From NCBI GenBank assembly GCA_051294905.1, contig CM119373.1, forward strand, positions 1,054,001 through 1,118,000: DNA of 64,000 nucleotides. The letters run 5' to 3'. Every line of letters starts with the position of its first letter. Position 1 is the first letter of the stretch. Positions 1 to 12,503 of this stretch are shown piece by piece. The DNA is from Botryllus schlosseri (lineage: Eukaryota). The notes beneath the pieces were generated by a model. The model searched no databases. It had not been told where the DNA came from and saw only the letters and a program-made list of their open reading frames with translations. A program made the translations under genes and the position numbers.

Positions 1-821
1 GCAGCCAATTTGAACTGGCATGCGAGCTCCGTGCGATCATTTGCGCATGGTTTTGACCAAATCAGTTAAGGGATATGCTGCTTAAACAATCTTATCACAA
101 TGTCACTGGTATTGGCAGACAGCATTGCCTGCATTAAAGGCAGGAAGTTCATATTTTCGAGAGTTGTGCAACAAGGATTTCGTCGTGTACACCACATGCG
201 TGTTAACGCTGAAATAACAACGGCGAACAGCCGATTTAATAAGCCAAGGTAGGTGTAAAAATGCCGGGTAATTTCTGGATCAGATTTGGGAGCTATATCT
301 GGTTGCGAGCTAGGCAAGTCAACAATACGCGCGTACGAATCGCTCTCTCCGCGTAAGGTCTGCGTAATGTCCGCGTAAGAAAACGAGAGAAAAGAGGCTC
401 TTTACGCGACGAGCAAACGAGAGAAGAGCAGAGAAAGGAAAAAAACTACAAAAATACTTTACGCGCCCTGTACGCGCGTACGAATTACGCAAATGTGCAC
501 TACGCTTAATGCGGTAATAATTGAGTGGCCGTTGAAAGCCGCTGATACCGATACCAAACTATTTTCTGTGCATAAGCAACCGACGAAAAAAACGATTAGC
601 TTACACGGAAAGCGGATGAAAAAGAGCGACGAAAATATTATCAATACATCCAAAAGATCAATATCGTACACTGTTTCATCGGGCATTAGGCCTATGCTAC
701 ATTGGAAGACTGTACTTGTTCGTTTTGACATCTTCTTTTCTGTTCACTCGGCTACATCGCTACATCCCGTTGTACATTTCGCGTCTTTAGCAGTAAAAAT
801 AATAGAACCGCCACGGCAATT

Positions 822-1230
822 ATGGTCAACAACTACGCTATCCCTGGATGTACCTATGTCAACAACTACGCTATCCCTGGATGTACCTATGTGAACAATC
901 CGCGTAGTGACCAATCCTGTAAGAGATCCTTATTCACGGTACGAAGACCACAGCTATTAAGGAATGAAGCGGCCCAGAAGCAGCACGCAGCAATGGCCAG
1001 CCTCCTTCTTTCCATCAGGGACCCCTCAAAAGGAGATCGTATCAAGACGTTGCTCCATAATGAGACGTAGGTAAAGAAGCTGTCTCAACTTCAACAGAAT
1101 TAACAGTGTAATTTATAATAGAGCCGCAATCTGCGAAAATCATTTTGAGGAGAGCGATATCATTCAGCTCAAAACCAGAAAGCAACTCAAAAGTGGGAGC
1201 TCTGCCTAAGCTAAATTTGCCTGAAAGATG
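822..1230 (+). pseudogene. Degenerate THAP zinc-finger domain (DNA-transposon derived)
   Basis: MVNNYAIPGC...SLFTVRRP at 822 (first Cys replaced by Tyr; 33-bp tandem duplication at 825-890). ICENHFEESDI at about 1125-1160. After a frameshift, LKVGALPKLNLP resembles the THAP AVPTIF box. Broken across frames. Confidence 0.55.
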
Positions 1231-1375
1231 TAGCACAATCATAAAGGTATGCGGGGTATCTCTCACTCAGATCAAGAAACCAATGCACCAAACGATTCCA
1301 ATTGATATATTTATTCATATAGAAGGCCGGCACACGCAACTAGAATATTGATTGGTATGCTAATAAATTTCATTA

Positions 1376-1909
1376 TTAACACCACACATTCAACAGAATT
1401 GCACAATATACCATAACCGATTCCATGCTATTGATACCAGACATTCTTGCAGTGGAAACTTTTTCCTCAGCGTGCTCAAGTGCATCAACAATCTTCACGA
1501 GCAAAGATGCAGCAAGAAGCTGGTGCTGCAGGCCAAGAAGTTTGCTTGCCTGATGGCAAATGTTGGAGTAGTATTGATAAATACCATCAGTACCAACGTC
1601 ACAGAACCCAGCATTCAAGCGTTTGACAAGTGGAAAAATAAGATTTAAATCCAATTCCTCAAATCGTGGTTCACACCTGGAAATAGAATGACAATTACGG
1701 CAAGCAATTTTCAAAATGTTCATTACTCGGTCGATGGCAATTTGCTCAGTTAGTGACGGGAGCTTATGCACTTTCCCGTGCTTCTTGAGTTCCCTTACAG
1801 TGGGAAATATGGCTTCACAGACGTCACAACTTATTCCACTCCACTCATCCAATCTTTCAAAGCATTGGGAAATTTCCTCCTCGGTGATGGATTCCCAATC
1901 CTCCCACAA
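1376..1909 (-). CDS. 177-aa ORF with one C2H2 zinc finger; unknown protein, probably a pseudogene or TE-associated exon
   Basis: CDVCEAIFPTVRELKKHGKVH fits C-x2-C-x12-H-x3-H. The upstream in-frame ATG (MAEE) is separated from the ORF by a TGA, which suggests a nonsense mutation. Confidence 0.45.
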   Translation of the reverse strand: MWEDWESITEEEISQCFERLDEWSGISCDVCEAIFPTVRELKKHGKVHKLPSLTEQIAIDRVMNILKIACRNCHSISRCEPRFEELDLNLIFPLVKRLNAGFCDVGTDGIYQYYSNICHQASKLLGLQHQLLAASLLVKIVDALEHAEEKVSTARMSGINSMESVMVYCAILLNVWC

Positions 1910-2882
1910 TCATTCTTCGGCCATAACTTTTACGAAAAAGTATCGGTTATAAAAGAATCAAAATTTCTGTGAAAGCACTACTCAGAATTTTATTTCCGTT
2001 TTGCTAATCAAATAACAATTACCATACCGGAACAGTACATGAAGATAGCTCGCTAATTCTATAGTATCACAACAATGTCCTCCAATAGTACGGTAAGTGA
2101 CTTATATTTTCTCGTCGGCAAGTCAAAATACATACAGATTCTGCTGAATGACGCCTTCCAGAAGGACCGTGATTTGGCATACCCACTTCGCCTGCAACGA
2201 AATGCCGTTTCATTTTCATCGCCTGCCCTTTTATTGTTATCTTCTATCATCATACAATACGCCACTATAATAGCTATTATATCATAAATCATCGCTGGTA
2301 TTCACCGACCGTGCGCATTGCGCAGCGATATACCGGCATATTCATCGCTTCGTACGGCAACAAACGCAAGACCGTCACGCAAGTATCCAAGATATTCACT
2401 AATCAGGCCAAACATATTAGGACGTCCAATTAGTCACAGAGTCCGTTATAAGTATTCAACCTCAAATACTCCGACCCATTCCCATCGACAACCATGCATT
2501 AAAAACCAACAAAAACTCAACTTTCCACCGTCTGAATTCCATGTGGGATTGATAGTGGTACACGTAACAATTAAGCCGTTTCCATGTGCAGGTTTTGTTG
2601 GCAGAGTGACCATATATGGGCATAGCTTTCATGACTCAGCAAAATTACTCTGCCAAGTGGTTGCCCCGATCGGTTGGTGGTTGTCAGAGTAATTCACGGT
2701 TGGCAGAGTATCTTGCTCCGCTCTTGGCTACGTCGTCTGTTTACTATCGCAGTGGCTGGGGCGTTTCTTGTGTATCAAGGATCAGCTAATTGCGGGAATA
2801 ATTGAATTTGGACTTTACTATTGATAGACGTATTACCTTATTGTTAGTTAACAGAACAGAATGATTTGAAAGCAGCCTGAAG

Positions 2883-3347
2883 TTGCCGGTGATGCATCAA
2901 CCGCAGCAGGATGCCAATTTTGTGGCGCAAGTGGACTGTGTTATCGAGTATAGGAAGGCACGCCAGGAACGTCAGCTTCCATTATTGATATCCCGGCGGG
3001 TTATCCGGGTAAATCTTCATATTTTCTGTGTATGTGGTACCGGTATCGCGGTATGTAGGATGTATACTGTATAGCTTATTACCGGTACTCATTTTTTATA
3101 ATGCAGGTACGGCACTTCAAGGAACGCCAAGAGAAGGAAATTGGAATCTGGAAGAATAATAAAGGCTCTAAAAGTGATAAGCGACGACCTCGACGAACAG
3201 CTCGAATTCTTGAAGGAGTGGGCGGAAAGACATTTGCAACAAATTACCAGCATGTGGAATGTGGATGACGCAGCCCATAGTCCGCCTTCACGACTAGCTA
3301 TCACCAATATTCTGACATCTATTTCCAATCAGAATATGTTTGGATAG
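2883..3347 (+). pseudogene. Possible degraded two-exon gene fragment of unknown family
   Basis: GT donor at 3009 (cgg|gtaaat) and a pyrimidine-rich acceptor ending at 3106 (ttttttataatgcag). The downstream frame reads as an amphipathic helix (RIIKALKVISDDLDEQLEFLKEWAERHLQQ). No single clean spliced frame. Confidence 0.25.
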
Positions 3348-4474
3348 ATCAATGACTGATGCTTTGCTGAATTGATGGTTTCTTTATAAAAAAACAAACA
3401 TTTGAAACATGCAAACAGAGACGAATTTGTAGCCTTTAAAATCACAGTCAGGGTTGAAAGGATAGGCAGAAATGGTTCGGCGACCTTCGCTACATCGGCG
3501 GTATTTGGTAGGACGCATTAAGAACAATCCTCGTCGGGATATCAAAGCTGCTGATTTAAATACTGTCCTGATATTATCCATAGCTATACGCTGTAGCACC
3601 CTACAGCAAAAATTCCTTTCGGAAGATTTTTGCTGTATAGGCCTTGTTCACCACTCCGGGTCTCTTGACAGAAACATCTCTAAAGGCTACAGAATTCCAC
3701 AAACTATTTAGCAGGTACTTTAATGTCGATATCCTCCAGCACGAATTTTCACCACTAAGTACCGGTACCGATTGTCAATTTTTGTTCACCAACGTTTATC
3801 GGCCGCTGATCATGTACTGTACAAGTACATGTAAACGCGGCCACCATTCCTTGGCTCAGCCAATGCGGGCTAAGCCAAGTAGTTGCCGTACATGGAAACG
3901 GCTTAAATGGGTAGCTCCCTACGCAAAGCGGAGCGTGACCGATCTAAAGGGAGTTGAAAATATTATTGCGCGCAGTGTAAATAGAGTAGTTCAGCTTATA
4001 TAGATATTTCGGTATATCAATGCACTAATACCAGTATAATATAAAATATTTATAGTAATATGGGCAATAACAGCATAAATATCCATTTTTACAAGATAAT
4101 TGCTGCAAAACCATGCAAACAAAATATGTTGCGGATGAATATTAATTAGGCATTTAAATCAGCCTTCACTCCATCCTACAGTCTCTATAGTGCCACTAAG
4201 ATATTCTCAAATTCGAAAACTCAGTTTATTATTTCAACTCAAGACGCAGATGCACAATATACAGTACCGAAGATACGAAGAATACAACAAGAAGGTGTCA
4301 AATCGTTTAAATACCCTGACATAGTCCATCAATCAGATATTCAGATATCTTTATGATATATAGGCCTACCGGTACTTTCGTAATGTCAATCATTTCAGTG
4401 GCATTGGCGGGCTAGGGGCTTTTGGAACTGTGGCATTGGTGGGCTAGGACCGGGTCATGTTCTCTGTTATTCAT

Positions 4475-5367
4475 CTATGCATTTTTGTGGTACCATTTAC
4501 TACAAAACACACAGAAGACTTGCTCCACACTGTCCATATCACCAGGACAACAGTTTTTCTCACAAACAGACCATCTTCCTTGTTGATTATTGTTGAAAAT
4601 GTGGCAATCTGCCAAATGTTTGTAAGAAAGTTCAACTTCTGGAAAACCTTTAATCCAGTGCTTTGACACCCTTTTGTGTGCTGTCTCTTTTTTGATATCT
4701 TTTCCGGGCTTTAGTGGACTGATATTCCCCGGAGGAGTAGAAGCAAGGAAGCTGCTAACCCACTGCCGACATTTCTCCGACGGAATCGACTGGGGCAAGG
4801 CAAGCTTGTGCAATGCATCAGGCAATAAATATTCACAATAACATGCAACCCACAGTCGTAGCTGTTGGATTGTTGTGGAGTGTCCTGGCAAACCACAAAT
4901 TGCCAATCAGATATGTCTATTCTCAAATTCACCACGGCGAAAGTGCCTGAAACAAGTTTTATCAACACCGAAAATATGTTTTTATACTTGTGACAACCCT
5001 TCATCAAGGAATCAAATATCACTATTTTATGTTGCTTATTTTCAACCACTGCAACAATCCCGTGGCCACCAGGATTCACAAGTACCATAGGTGTCATGAT
5101 TTTCCGCTGCATTCCGCCATGCAAAACTTGCAACGGGTTCAGATTGTTCATGCTTGCAACATTGATACATGAACGCATCGAAAAGCAACGCGGATTTGTG
5201 ATCAGTTGATGAAGCATCAGCCAGAAACTTCTTAACGGACAGCTCAATCACTTCATCAGTTAACCAATTGCTGCCCTGGAGAGATGGATATAATTGATCC
5301 CCGACTGGTTCACCGACATTATCCGAATTCAGCCAAGGATATATTTGATCTTCCATCTCAACATCTG
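4475..5367 (-). pseudogene. Ulp1/SENP-type (C48) cysteine protease followed by a PHD-type finger; frameshifted; likely MULE-borne
   Basis: WLTDEVIE, GH(G)IVAVV...IVIFDSL and PQQSNSYDCGLHV give the H-D-Q-C catalytic set. C-terminal VCEKNCC...QVFCVFCSKWYH is PHD-like. Acceptor tttacag precedes the exon at about 5367. At least two frameshifts. Confidence 0.8.
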
Positions 5368-5662
5368 TAAATGAAATATGAAACAAATTTGAAACTGAAC
5401 GTTCACACAGATAGTTCGAATCATTTACAAACCACATGCACAGTGAATTAGCCTACTACATATAGTCAGAGAAAACTTTCTTACAACTTACTTATACTTT
5501 GTTGAAGAACTCGCGTAGACTTTGCTTATAGCTACCCGGGTGGTTATGTTTTCAGACTGTAATATCCACCTCTACGTTTGTTGCTTCTACGTTTTTAGGC
5601 AAGACTCCTATATTTTGATACTTGAAATTTTGTAAACTAGTAAAGTTGGCATCACTTTTATG

Positions 5663-5977
5663 CAGAGATGGTCAAAGTAGTCAAGTAAGCTACGAAAGTA
5701 GAAGTAGTGTTTTGAAAATTCACCTAAAACAACTAGAACTACTGACTTAACTCTACTTAAGTGAGTAGCAGTGAAAGCAGTTAGAAATCCCCTTTCATGG
5801 ACTTTCAAGCTAGATGAATATAATACTTATAATTGATAAACTGTAAATAGAGAAAGAGAAAGTAAGTAGATAGTAGAAGTAGCAAAAAATCAGATTTACT
5901 TGAGTGAGTACTGCAAGTACAAGAAAACTACTTAAGCATTCTACTTTGTAAAAGTACTCTGTTACCGACCACCTCTG
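5663..5977. mobile_element. hAT-type MITE (AGTAG/CTACT-rich)
   Basis: TIR CAGAGATGGTC / GACCACCTCTG (1 mismatch). 8-bp flanks CTTTTATG (5655-5662) and CATTTATG (5978-5985). Related remnants at about 6260-6370 and 12205-12290. Confidence 0.75.
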
Positions 5978-6397
5978 CATTTATGTGTGAAATCATCTTA
6001 CAAACAGCATGAAATAGTCATGACTAGTTTTTGTAACTTTTTTACAGCTTCCTAAATACTCAAAAGGTATGTAGTATGGTGTTTTAGCTGTTTGAAGGAA
6101 TATTATTTTGCAACTTTCCACGACTTGCTTGTTCATAAATGCAACTTTTTGGTGCAACTTTTGTTAAAAACAAATGCAACTTTTCACGGATATGACTGCA
6201 ACAAAAACTTGCCCTAGTCATGACAGGAACATTGAAACCATATGATCCCCCGACCAAATCTACTTTTATAAACTACTCGAGTAATTTTCATTCCTTTCTA
6301 TTTCTAAAGGAGTAGAAAAGATAATAGCATTACTTCTACGTGAACGGCAACGCTTACTACTTCAGCACATCTGTCTGTAGATTGGCCATTCTAGTTT

Positions 6398-7962
6398 TTA
6401 AATAAATCCAGCTTCCCTCAATAGGGAATCAATGAACAGTATTGAACACGAGAATGAGGCATTTTCCTTTCGATAAAAATTTAATGCTATCACCTTTACT
6501 CTTTTCGTGACAACTTCCTTCGCATCCATGATTGCTTCAAGGAGTGTTGAATCAATAGTATCATTTCCACCGATACCACTCGTTGACATATCCAAGTTGA
6601 AATCAGGCATGTACCTCTTGATAGGTGATGGCATATCAATTTTCATAGGAGTCGATGTGGCATTTGATTGCAGTGACTTTTTCTCATGAAGGAGCGCGTC
6701 AGGTGCAGGATTAACTTCATGATCATAGTCTGAATTTCTTGGTCTTTTACGACCAGCCTTTTGTTTTCCACGGCGATTTTTACGCATCAAAGATAGCGAA
6801 TAGCAAAATTTATCATGACCATTGAAATCGTTAAGTCCAATCTTCACTGCAAATATATGGTAAAATTTTCCCGTGCTTGGACATGTGCAAGTTGGTTGGG
6901 GCTTGTAACGAACACAATGGCGTGATTTTCCATCCGGATATGTAACAATGAATGCCCCACTGCGAGCTGAAAAACTGATGTTATCCATTTTCACGCACCA
7001 ACGGGCTAACGTCTTTTGTGACATTCTGTATGAAGGACATTTTTCATTCTGTATGTAGGACATTTTTCAATGTTTCTCTGATCCTTTCATCTTGAGAGAG
7101 TATTTCCTCAGCAATGCATTCAAATTTTGTAATCGTTGGCAAAATCATGTCAAATCTGCTTTGTTTGTAGTTGTCAAATTCCTCCTTCAGTTGATACTGG
7201 CCAATTCCGGTTCGTGATCGACAAAAGTCATAATGGTATATGCCTTGAATTTGCTTTAAGACCAATATCATCGCGTCAACAGGCAACTCCTTATAATCAA
7301 TCTTGGATTTCAATATTAAATTCAGGAACTCTGAAGGAGCGTATTATTTGTGATCGCTCCTTCAGAGAATGCTGGAAATTTCCTCGTAATGAAGTCACAA
7401 CCATGGCGAATTAGGTCGCCACGCAAGTTCTTTTCAAAATACACTCTGAAGACTCAGTCCATCTGCTTTCCAAAGACTGGTCTTTATCCAAAAATACTTC
7501 CATACTTTCGGAGGCAATCAATTGAGCGATATCATCCTTATATACTTTCAGATCATCAGAAGTACCCCCATGTTTTTTTTTATCCAAAAATCCACATCAC
7601 GAATTATGTGATTACTGCAAAAGACATTGGTGAGATTTGGAAAGTGCTTTCGCAATGCTTTGTTATCCCCCTTTCTCTGTCTGTCACAACGGGGATATTG
7701 GTAACTTTTGAGTGTCCCATACCACTGAATACGTCTTTGATGAAATCACAATGATGTAAGAAATACTTGCGCTCATGAATCATAAATGCAACGGGATAGA
7801 TTGGGTCATTTTTCAAAAGCACATTCCGAGAAACAACTATTGATAACTAAAAGTCCCCAATGTTTAATGTTGTGTCGTAAGATATTACCTGTTTAAGAGG
7901 ACTCTGCTTCTGACACAATCGAATCAACTTTGCTGTGTCCTGAAGTAGTTCTGGGTGACTAT
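6398..7962 (-). pseudogene. MULE/Mutator-like DDE transposase, catalytic core + SWIM region (3' half of a split gene)
   Basis: ISYDTTLNIGDF, PVAFMIHERK, VVTDRERGI, KELPVDAMILVL, SWIM-like TCTCPSTGK(F)YHIFAVK and basic tail RKNRRGKQKAGRKRPR. Stops and frameshifts present. Confidence 0.8.
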
Positions 7963-8117
7963 GGGCCGTATGCACCAACATGTTTTGAACCCAAACTGGA
8001 GATCAAACAGGGGTTCAAGAGATATTTCCAAAGCACCAACACCGAAATGTCAATGATCTAGCGTTCACTCTCGCCGAATTTGATCGAAAAGTAAACAACC
8101 GCGGGAGGTTGTTTAAA

Positions 8118-8207
8118 ATGCAGTTCAGTGCTTTGGCTTGGTTGTCGCTGATTGTGGTCTCCTGTTTCTCGCGACTGGCTGACTGTAAATTGGTTCATGT
8201 TGAAGAC
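8118..8207 (+). other. Candidate first exon encoding a signal peptide
   Basis: aaaATG start; MQFSALAWLSLIVVSCFSRLADCKLVHVED; followed by a GTAGGT donor at 8208. Downstream exons not identified. Confidence 0.35.
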
Positions 8208-9229
8208 GTAGGTGCACAATTTGCTATCTTTCCGTAAATTAGCAGACTTACTAAGCTGTAGGAATAGATTTTAGATGTTTCCGAACCCAGTTTCACCAAT
8301 GTGAGGCCGAATGGCTTACAGTTTACAGTTAGATGATCGCTGATCGGTATACCGGTATTAGCGAGTAAAGTGGTGAACCAGGAAATCCATATGACTGCCT
8401 CAAGGTACCGGTTATGAAGATGCAATATTCTTGTCTTGCGCCTTGTAGGTTTGAATGAAAGACCTTCGGGTAAAAAATAAATGAAAATTATGACCAAGTC
8501 TGACGTCTTGTATACAGTGTACAGTTTTTGAAGTAGGCCTACCCTGCGCCCTGCGGGGTGCAATTGATGAGGCGTTTTCCCTATAAAGTTTGATATATTT
8601 CACCATCATTGAAGCTATGCCAGTACAGCCTATATTACAGTAGATTGTCCTCATAGCCCAAATGACCGGGTTGGAATCCCGGTACGTTTAGCGTAATATA
8701 TTTGGTGTACCACGACGGTTTTCAGCGTCACACCTGTGTGTATTAGTAGAATCTTTGATGTGCACGAGACACCGATTCCATATTAGCGAAATGGAAAGCA
8801 CGTGGCTGCCGGCTGCCAATGTCACGGCATGTCATGAATTGCTGAATCCTCTTTTATGTAACTGTTTTAAGTTAAGTATGAAGTATGAGTACGGAATTTA
8901 GTAAAATAGACCCAAGACAAAACTGAAAGTTGATTTGCTTGCTAATGATGTAGGTTGTCGATTGAGTAGTGGGAGCAGAAGTTGTATGGATTTGTACTAG
9001 ACGTCAGGAATCGTGGTCCTGTGATTTGCGCTCGTGGTCAGCTGTAGATAAGTTGGTTTTGGAGCCGCATGTCTTGCAAATCTCTATATTATAGTAATTT
9101 TACAGGTTTTAGGTTACATGAGTGAAATATATACAACGATAAAGCGTTTCACTAATCTGGAGATTCTCGGATTAGGTCACAGTCAATGAGAACGGGCATT
9201 ATCAAGTGATGTCGGCCAAGAGACCATTC

Positions 9230-10020
9230 TCAAAAATGTGCATAATATGCAATAATTTTATGTTGGAAGAAGACACATATACATATACAAAAGAATCACC
9301 ATGAAACTGAAGGTTATCGATTCCGATTTTGATGTACTTCGCAAAGAAGAGGGGACTAACTATCCTGGCTCTGGCTCGTATGTCAATCGCTAGAGATTTT
9401 GGCTGAATATCATTACAAAAGTTATCTGTCTGAGTCAAATTCCCCAAAAAGTCAATGACTTCAAGAGTACTCTAGTGATAGGACCGAGAAATCAAAAAAC
9501 CAGTCACGGAAATGTGCATAATATGACTGCTTTGGAATTGAATCATGTTGAGGGAAGGTAGCCGACATCAACATGGACCACATTCATCTTGATTTCTACA
9601 ATATCATCAACATGCAACTGAAGGTCATTCATTCTGATATTGATTTACTGCTCATGCTCAAAGAGGTGACAAACTGCCCTGGGTCGAACGTCAATTGCTA
9701 GAGATTTGGGCTGAATATCATTACAAAGTTTGCTGTCTGTGTCAAATTCCCAAAAAGTCAATGACTACAAGAATACTCGAGTGGTAGGACCGTGAAATCA
9801 AGAAACCAGTCATGGAAATGTGCAAATATGACCGATTTGGAATTGTACCATGTTAGGGGAATGTTGCCTACATCAACATGGACCACATTCATCTCAATTT
9901 CCGCAATAGCATCAACATGCAGCTGAAGGTTGTCCATTCTGATATTGATGTAGCCTACTGTGCCTGTATGATGATGGGACTAACTGCCTTGGTCCGAAAG
10001 TCAATTGCTTTATATTTTGA
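9230..10020 (+). repeat. About three diverged tandem copies of a roughly 280-305 bp unit with coding-like character
   Basis: aaatgtgca(t)aatatg recurs at about 9234, 9510 and 9815. atcaacatggaccacattcatct recurs at about 9568 and 9872. The + strand gives INMDHIHLDFYNIINMQLKVIHSDID-like peptides broken by stops. Confidence 0.75.
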
Positions 10021-11330
10021 CTGACCGTCATTCCGAAGTTTGATGCTTGAGTCAACTCGCCAAAAATATGAATATACCACCAATCGAAATATAGTGAATG
10101 ATTAGATCGACTCTGAAAAATGCTTCGGTTGGCACTATGATAAGGGATGTACAAATCTTACATATTCTATAACAAAATAATCTTTTATCTCTAGCAACGT
10201 GCTTACAATAATGCTTGAAAGAATTCGGTATGTATAGCATGGTATTTTATCATGTCTAGAGCAGAAAATGTTAGGTGTGCACACTGTGCAGTACTCATGA
10301 TTGAATGAAAAGGTTTTTACTTGGATGAGTTTGTATTTGTATTACTTGGATGAGTTTGTATTTGTAGACTATCTTCATTTCATGTGTTTGGCTATCATGA
10401 TAATATATTGTGTGATGATGAAGACCAGACCCTGGAGATTCCTATTTACTTGACAAAAATGCAAATTGAAGGATTTCAGTTCTTTTCACAAACTGTTCAA
10501 GTATACAACATGATCATGAACAATGAAATAAGTTTGTCGATTTGTGTTACTTTATCAGTTGAGAATGTTGAATATATGCTGTGCAGATATGGTAGTTGGA
10601 TTGGATTGTCGGGCTATTGAGAGAACGCAGTAATGGTGGAATCTCGGCAAGTTTTGCGCAATTGATTAGGGGAGCACTGATGATTCTCAAGGTGACAGTA
10701 CTCCCAAGGAATTAAGGAAGCACAGGACACTCATTCCGTTCGGGTTAAATTCGAATGTGGGTAAAACAATGAAGGTGATATTCCACACTGTGAACACACA
10801 GAACAAGTTGTGGGGGTGAGGACAGTGCGTGAAAAGCGCCATTGGCCCTCGAGTTTTACAGACAATGTTGTGTCAAATATATGTTCATAAGCCAGGATAA
10901 TGTAAATTTTCGCCCTGTCCTTCAATTTACCTCCTGGCAGGGCATGACTAAATTTTGGAGCTTTAAAAGCATGATGGCAAAGCTAGCAATGGTATTTGAT
11001 TCGAAAATGGTTACAGAAATATAGCCGGAGTTTTGTGAATGTGCTCAGCGGCTCATCATTGAAATGGACATCGCGCTAGCGACCGCTGAGTTCCACAAAA
11101 AACTTGTTTTGTTTACAATTCGGTCGGCCTTGAGTAGCTTTTCAGGGTGCAAATTGAGCATCTATTTACTGAACGCTAGCTCGTCTCAATGATCATCAGT
11201 TCGTCTGAACGGCGTTTAAATATTGATGGTGCATCGCGAGAAATTTTGAACTGATGTTTCGTTTGAGTTATGTTCGAGCGAACAGACGATCAGACTTGAA
11301 CGTGTTCAATGTTGGTGCATACGGCCCTAT

Positions 11331-11874
11331 GATTCAAACTTTCTGACAAATTTTTCAGTTTGCAATGCTATTTCAAATGCACTGAAAATTTCATCGTTTG
11401 ATATATTGCGGTTCTTTTTCGCATTATACCAAATATTTTCAACCTGCTTCCGGTCCCGAGGCCTGTCAATTGCAGCATGTCTTTGATCGGAATGCTTGTT
11501 CGCCTCCGACTGACAGTCGGTATAAATTTCATTTGCCTTCTTGCTCTTTGATTTATTCTTGACCTCTTAAAGCACGTCTTTCCTGGTGGGCAAGTAAAAA
11601 TTTATCTTCGTTTCGGCATTTCCGTGAGGATGATCGCTATGTAAGGATTCATCTCCAACATAGTGTACCAGAAATACTGGTGGTTCACAACAAGCTTTCT
11701 CGTTTTCAGTAAAGCAAAAGGCAAACCGCTGAAATCCACTGAGAGTCGTTTTCCAGGAAGATTAGGATTCTTAATCTTGTAGTATCGCTTGGTAACTCCC
11801 GTTTCAGGATGTTTATTCATTCCAACATGAATAAAGCGATATTGATCCTTGGTAAACTCTACCTTATGCTCCAT
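11331..11874 (-). pseudogene. N-terminal half of the MULE transposase split by the 7963-11327 insertion
   Basis: ...HPHGNAETK...RPRDRKQVENIW...ISNDEIFSAFEIALQTEKFVRK, which leads into SHPELLQ... at 7962 once the insert is removed (small indel at the join). Confidence 0.75.
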
Positions 11875-11921
11875 AGTAATTGCACGAAAGAAGTATGCCT
11901 GACCCGCTTTCGGTGTAACTG

Positions 11922-12208
11922 TAGATAACTAACCTACGGATAGATACCCAACACCCGTCGTCACGCTTGCTTGCCCGGAGGAAATTACTGCTCAGCAATC
12001 TGAACGCAGCATAATTGCTAATCCCATAGCTGACGACCCGCGCGCCTAAATGCAATAAAGTTGGTCTTATTTGAAAGCTAATGTCGCACTGATTCCGAAA
12101 ATATACATTAAAATCTCATCAGGGCAATGAAACCCCCTTGAAATACACCTAAAAGTCTGAAAATATGCATTGTTCTGAACAATCGCAACCACGCAAGGAC
12201 CATTGTTA
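11922..12208. repeat. Single arm of the palindromic foldback family (see 27934 and 47332)
   Basis: Aligns by eye to 27934-28230 (tagataactaacctacggatagata...ggtcttatttgaaa.ct..tgtcgcactgatt...cattgttctgaacaat). Confidence 0.8.
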
Positions 12209-12503
12209 CTTCTACTTGTAACTGAGTAGAAAATTCAAGGCGATACTTATACTTGAGTAAAAACTACTTTAATCACCTCTCATAAAAAGTCAGCCACTCT
12301 AAATCTTGTACGCCGTCCACAACACAGCATTGTATTTTCACGACGCAATCATGTAATGTACAGAAGTATACACTCCAAGCAATACACTTGAAGAAAGAAA
12401 CATTTAAAGATACAGAATTGAAGAAAGAAACATGGCGCAAAAGCTGTTAAAGTGGATGCATGGTTTTTACAGAAATAACTGTGATAGTTATCAGTTCTTG
12501 TCA

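Larger units (their letters stand above)
7963..11327. mobile_element. 3365-bp non-autonomous PIF/Harbinger-type TIR element inserted in the MULE gene
   Basis: Perfect 18-bp TIRs GGGCCGTATGCACCAACA (7963-7980, reverse complement at 11310-11327) with 3-bp TAT on both flanks. The MULE reading resumes on either side. The TIR resembles the Harbinger end at 33116. Confidence 0.85.

Noticed and set aside
66-800. ORFs at 66-317, 459-731 and 493-894
   Set aside because: No recognisable motifs; the lengths are compatible with chance.
3440-3620. WFGDLRYIGG / PRR / TLQQK resembling the post-THAP region of THAP9-like proteins
   Set aside because: The motifs are short, fall in different frames and are too weak to call without a search.
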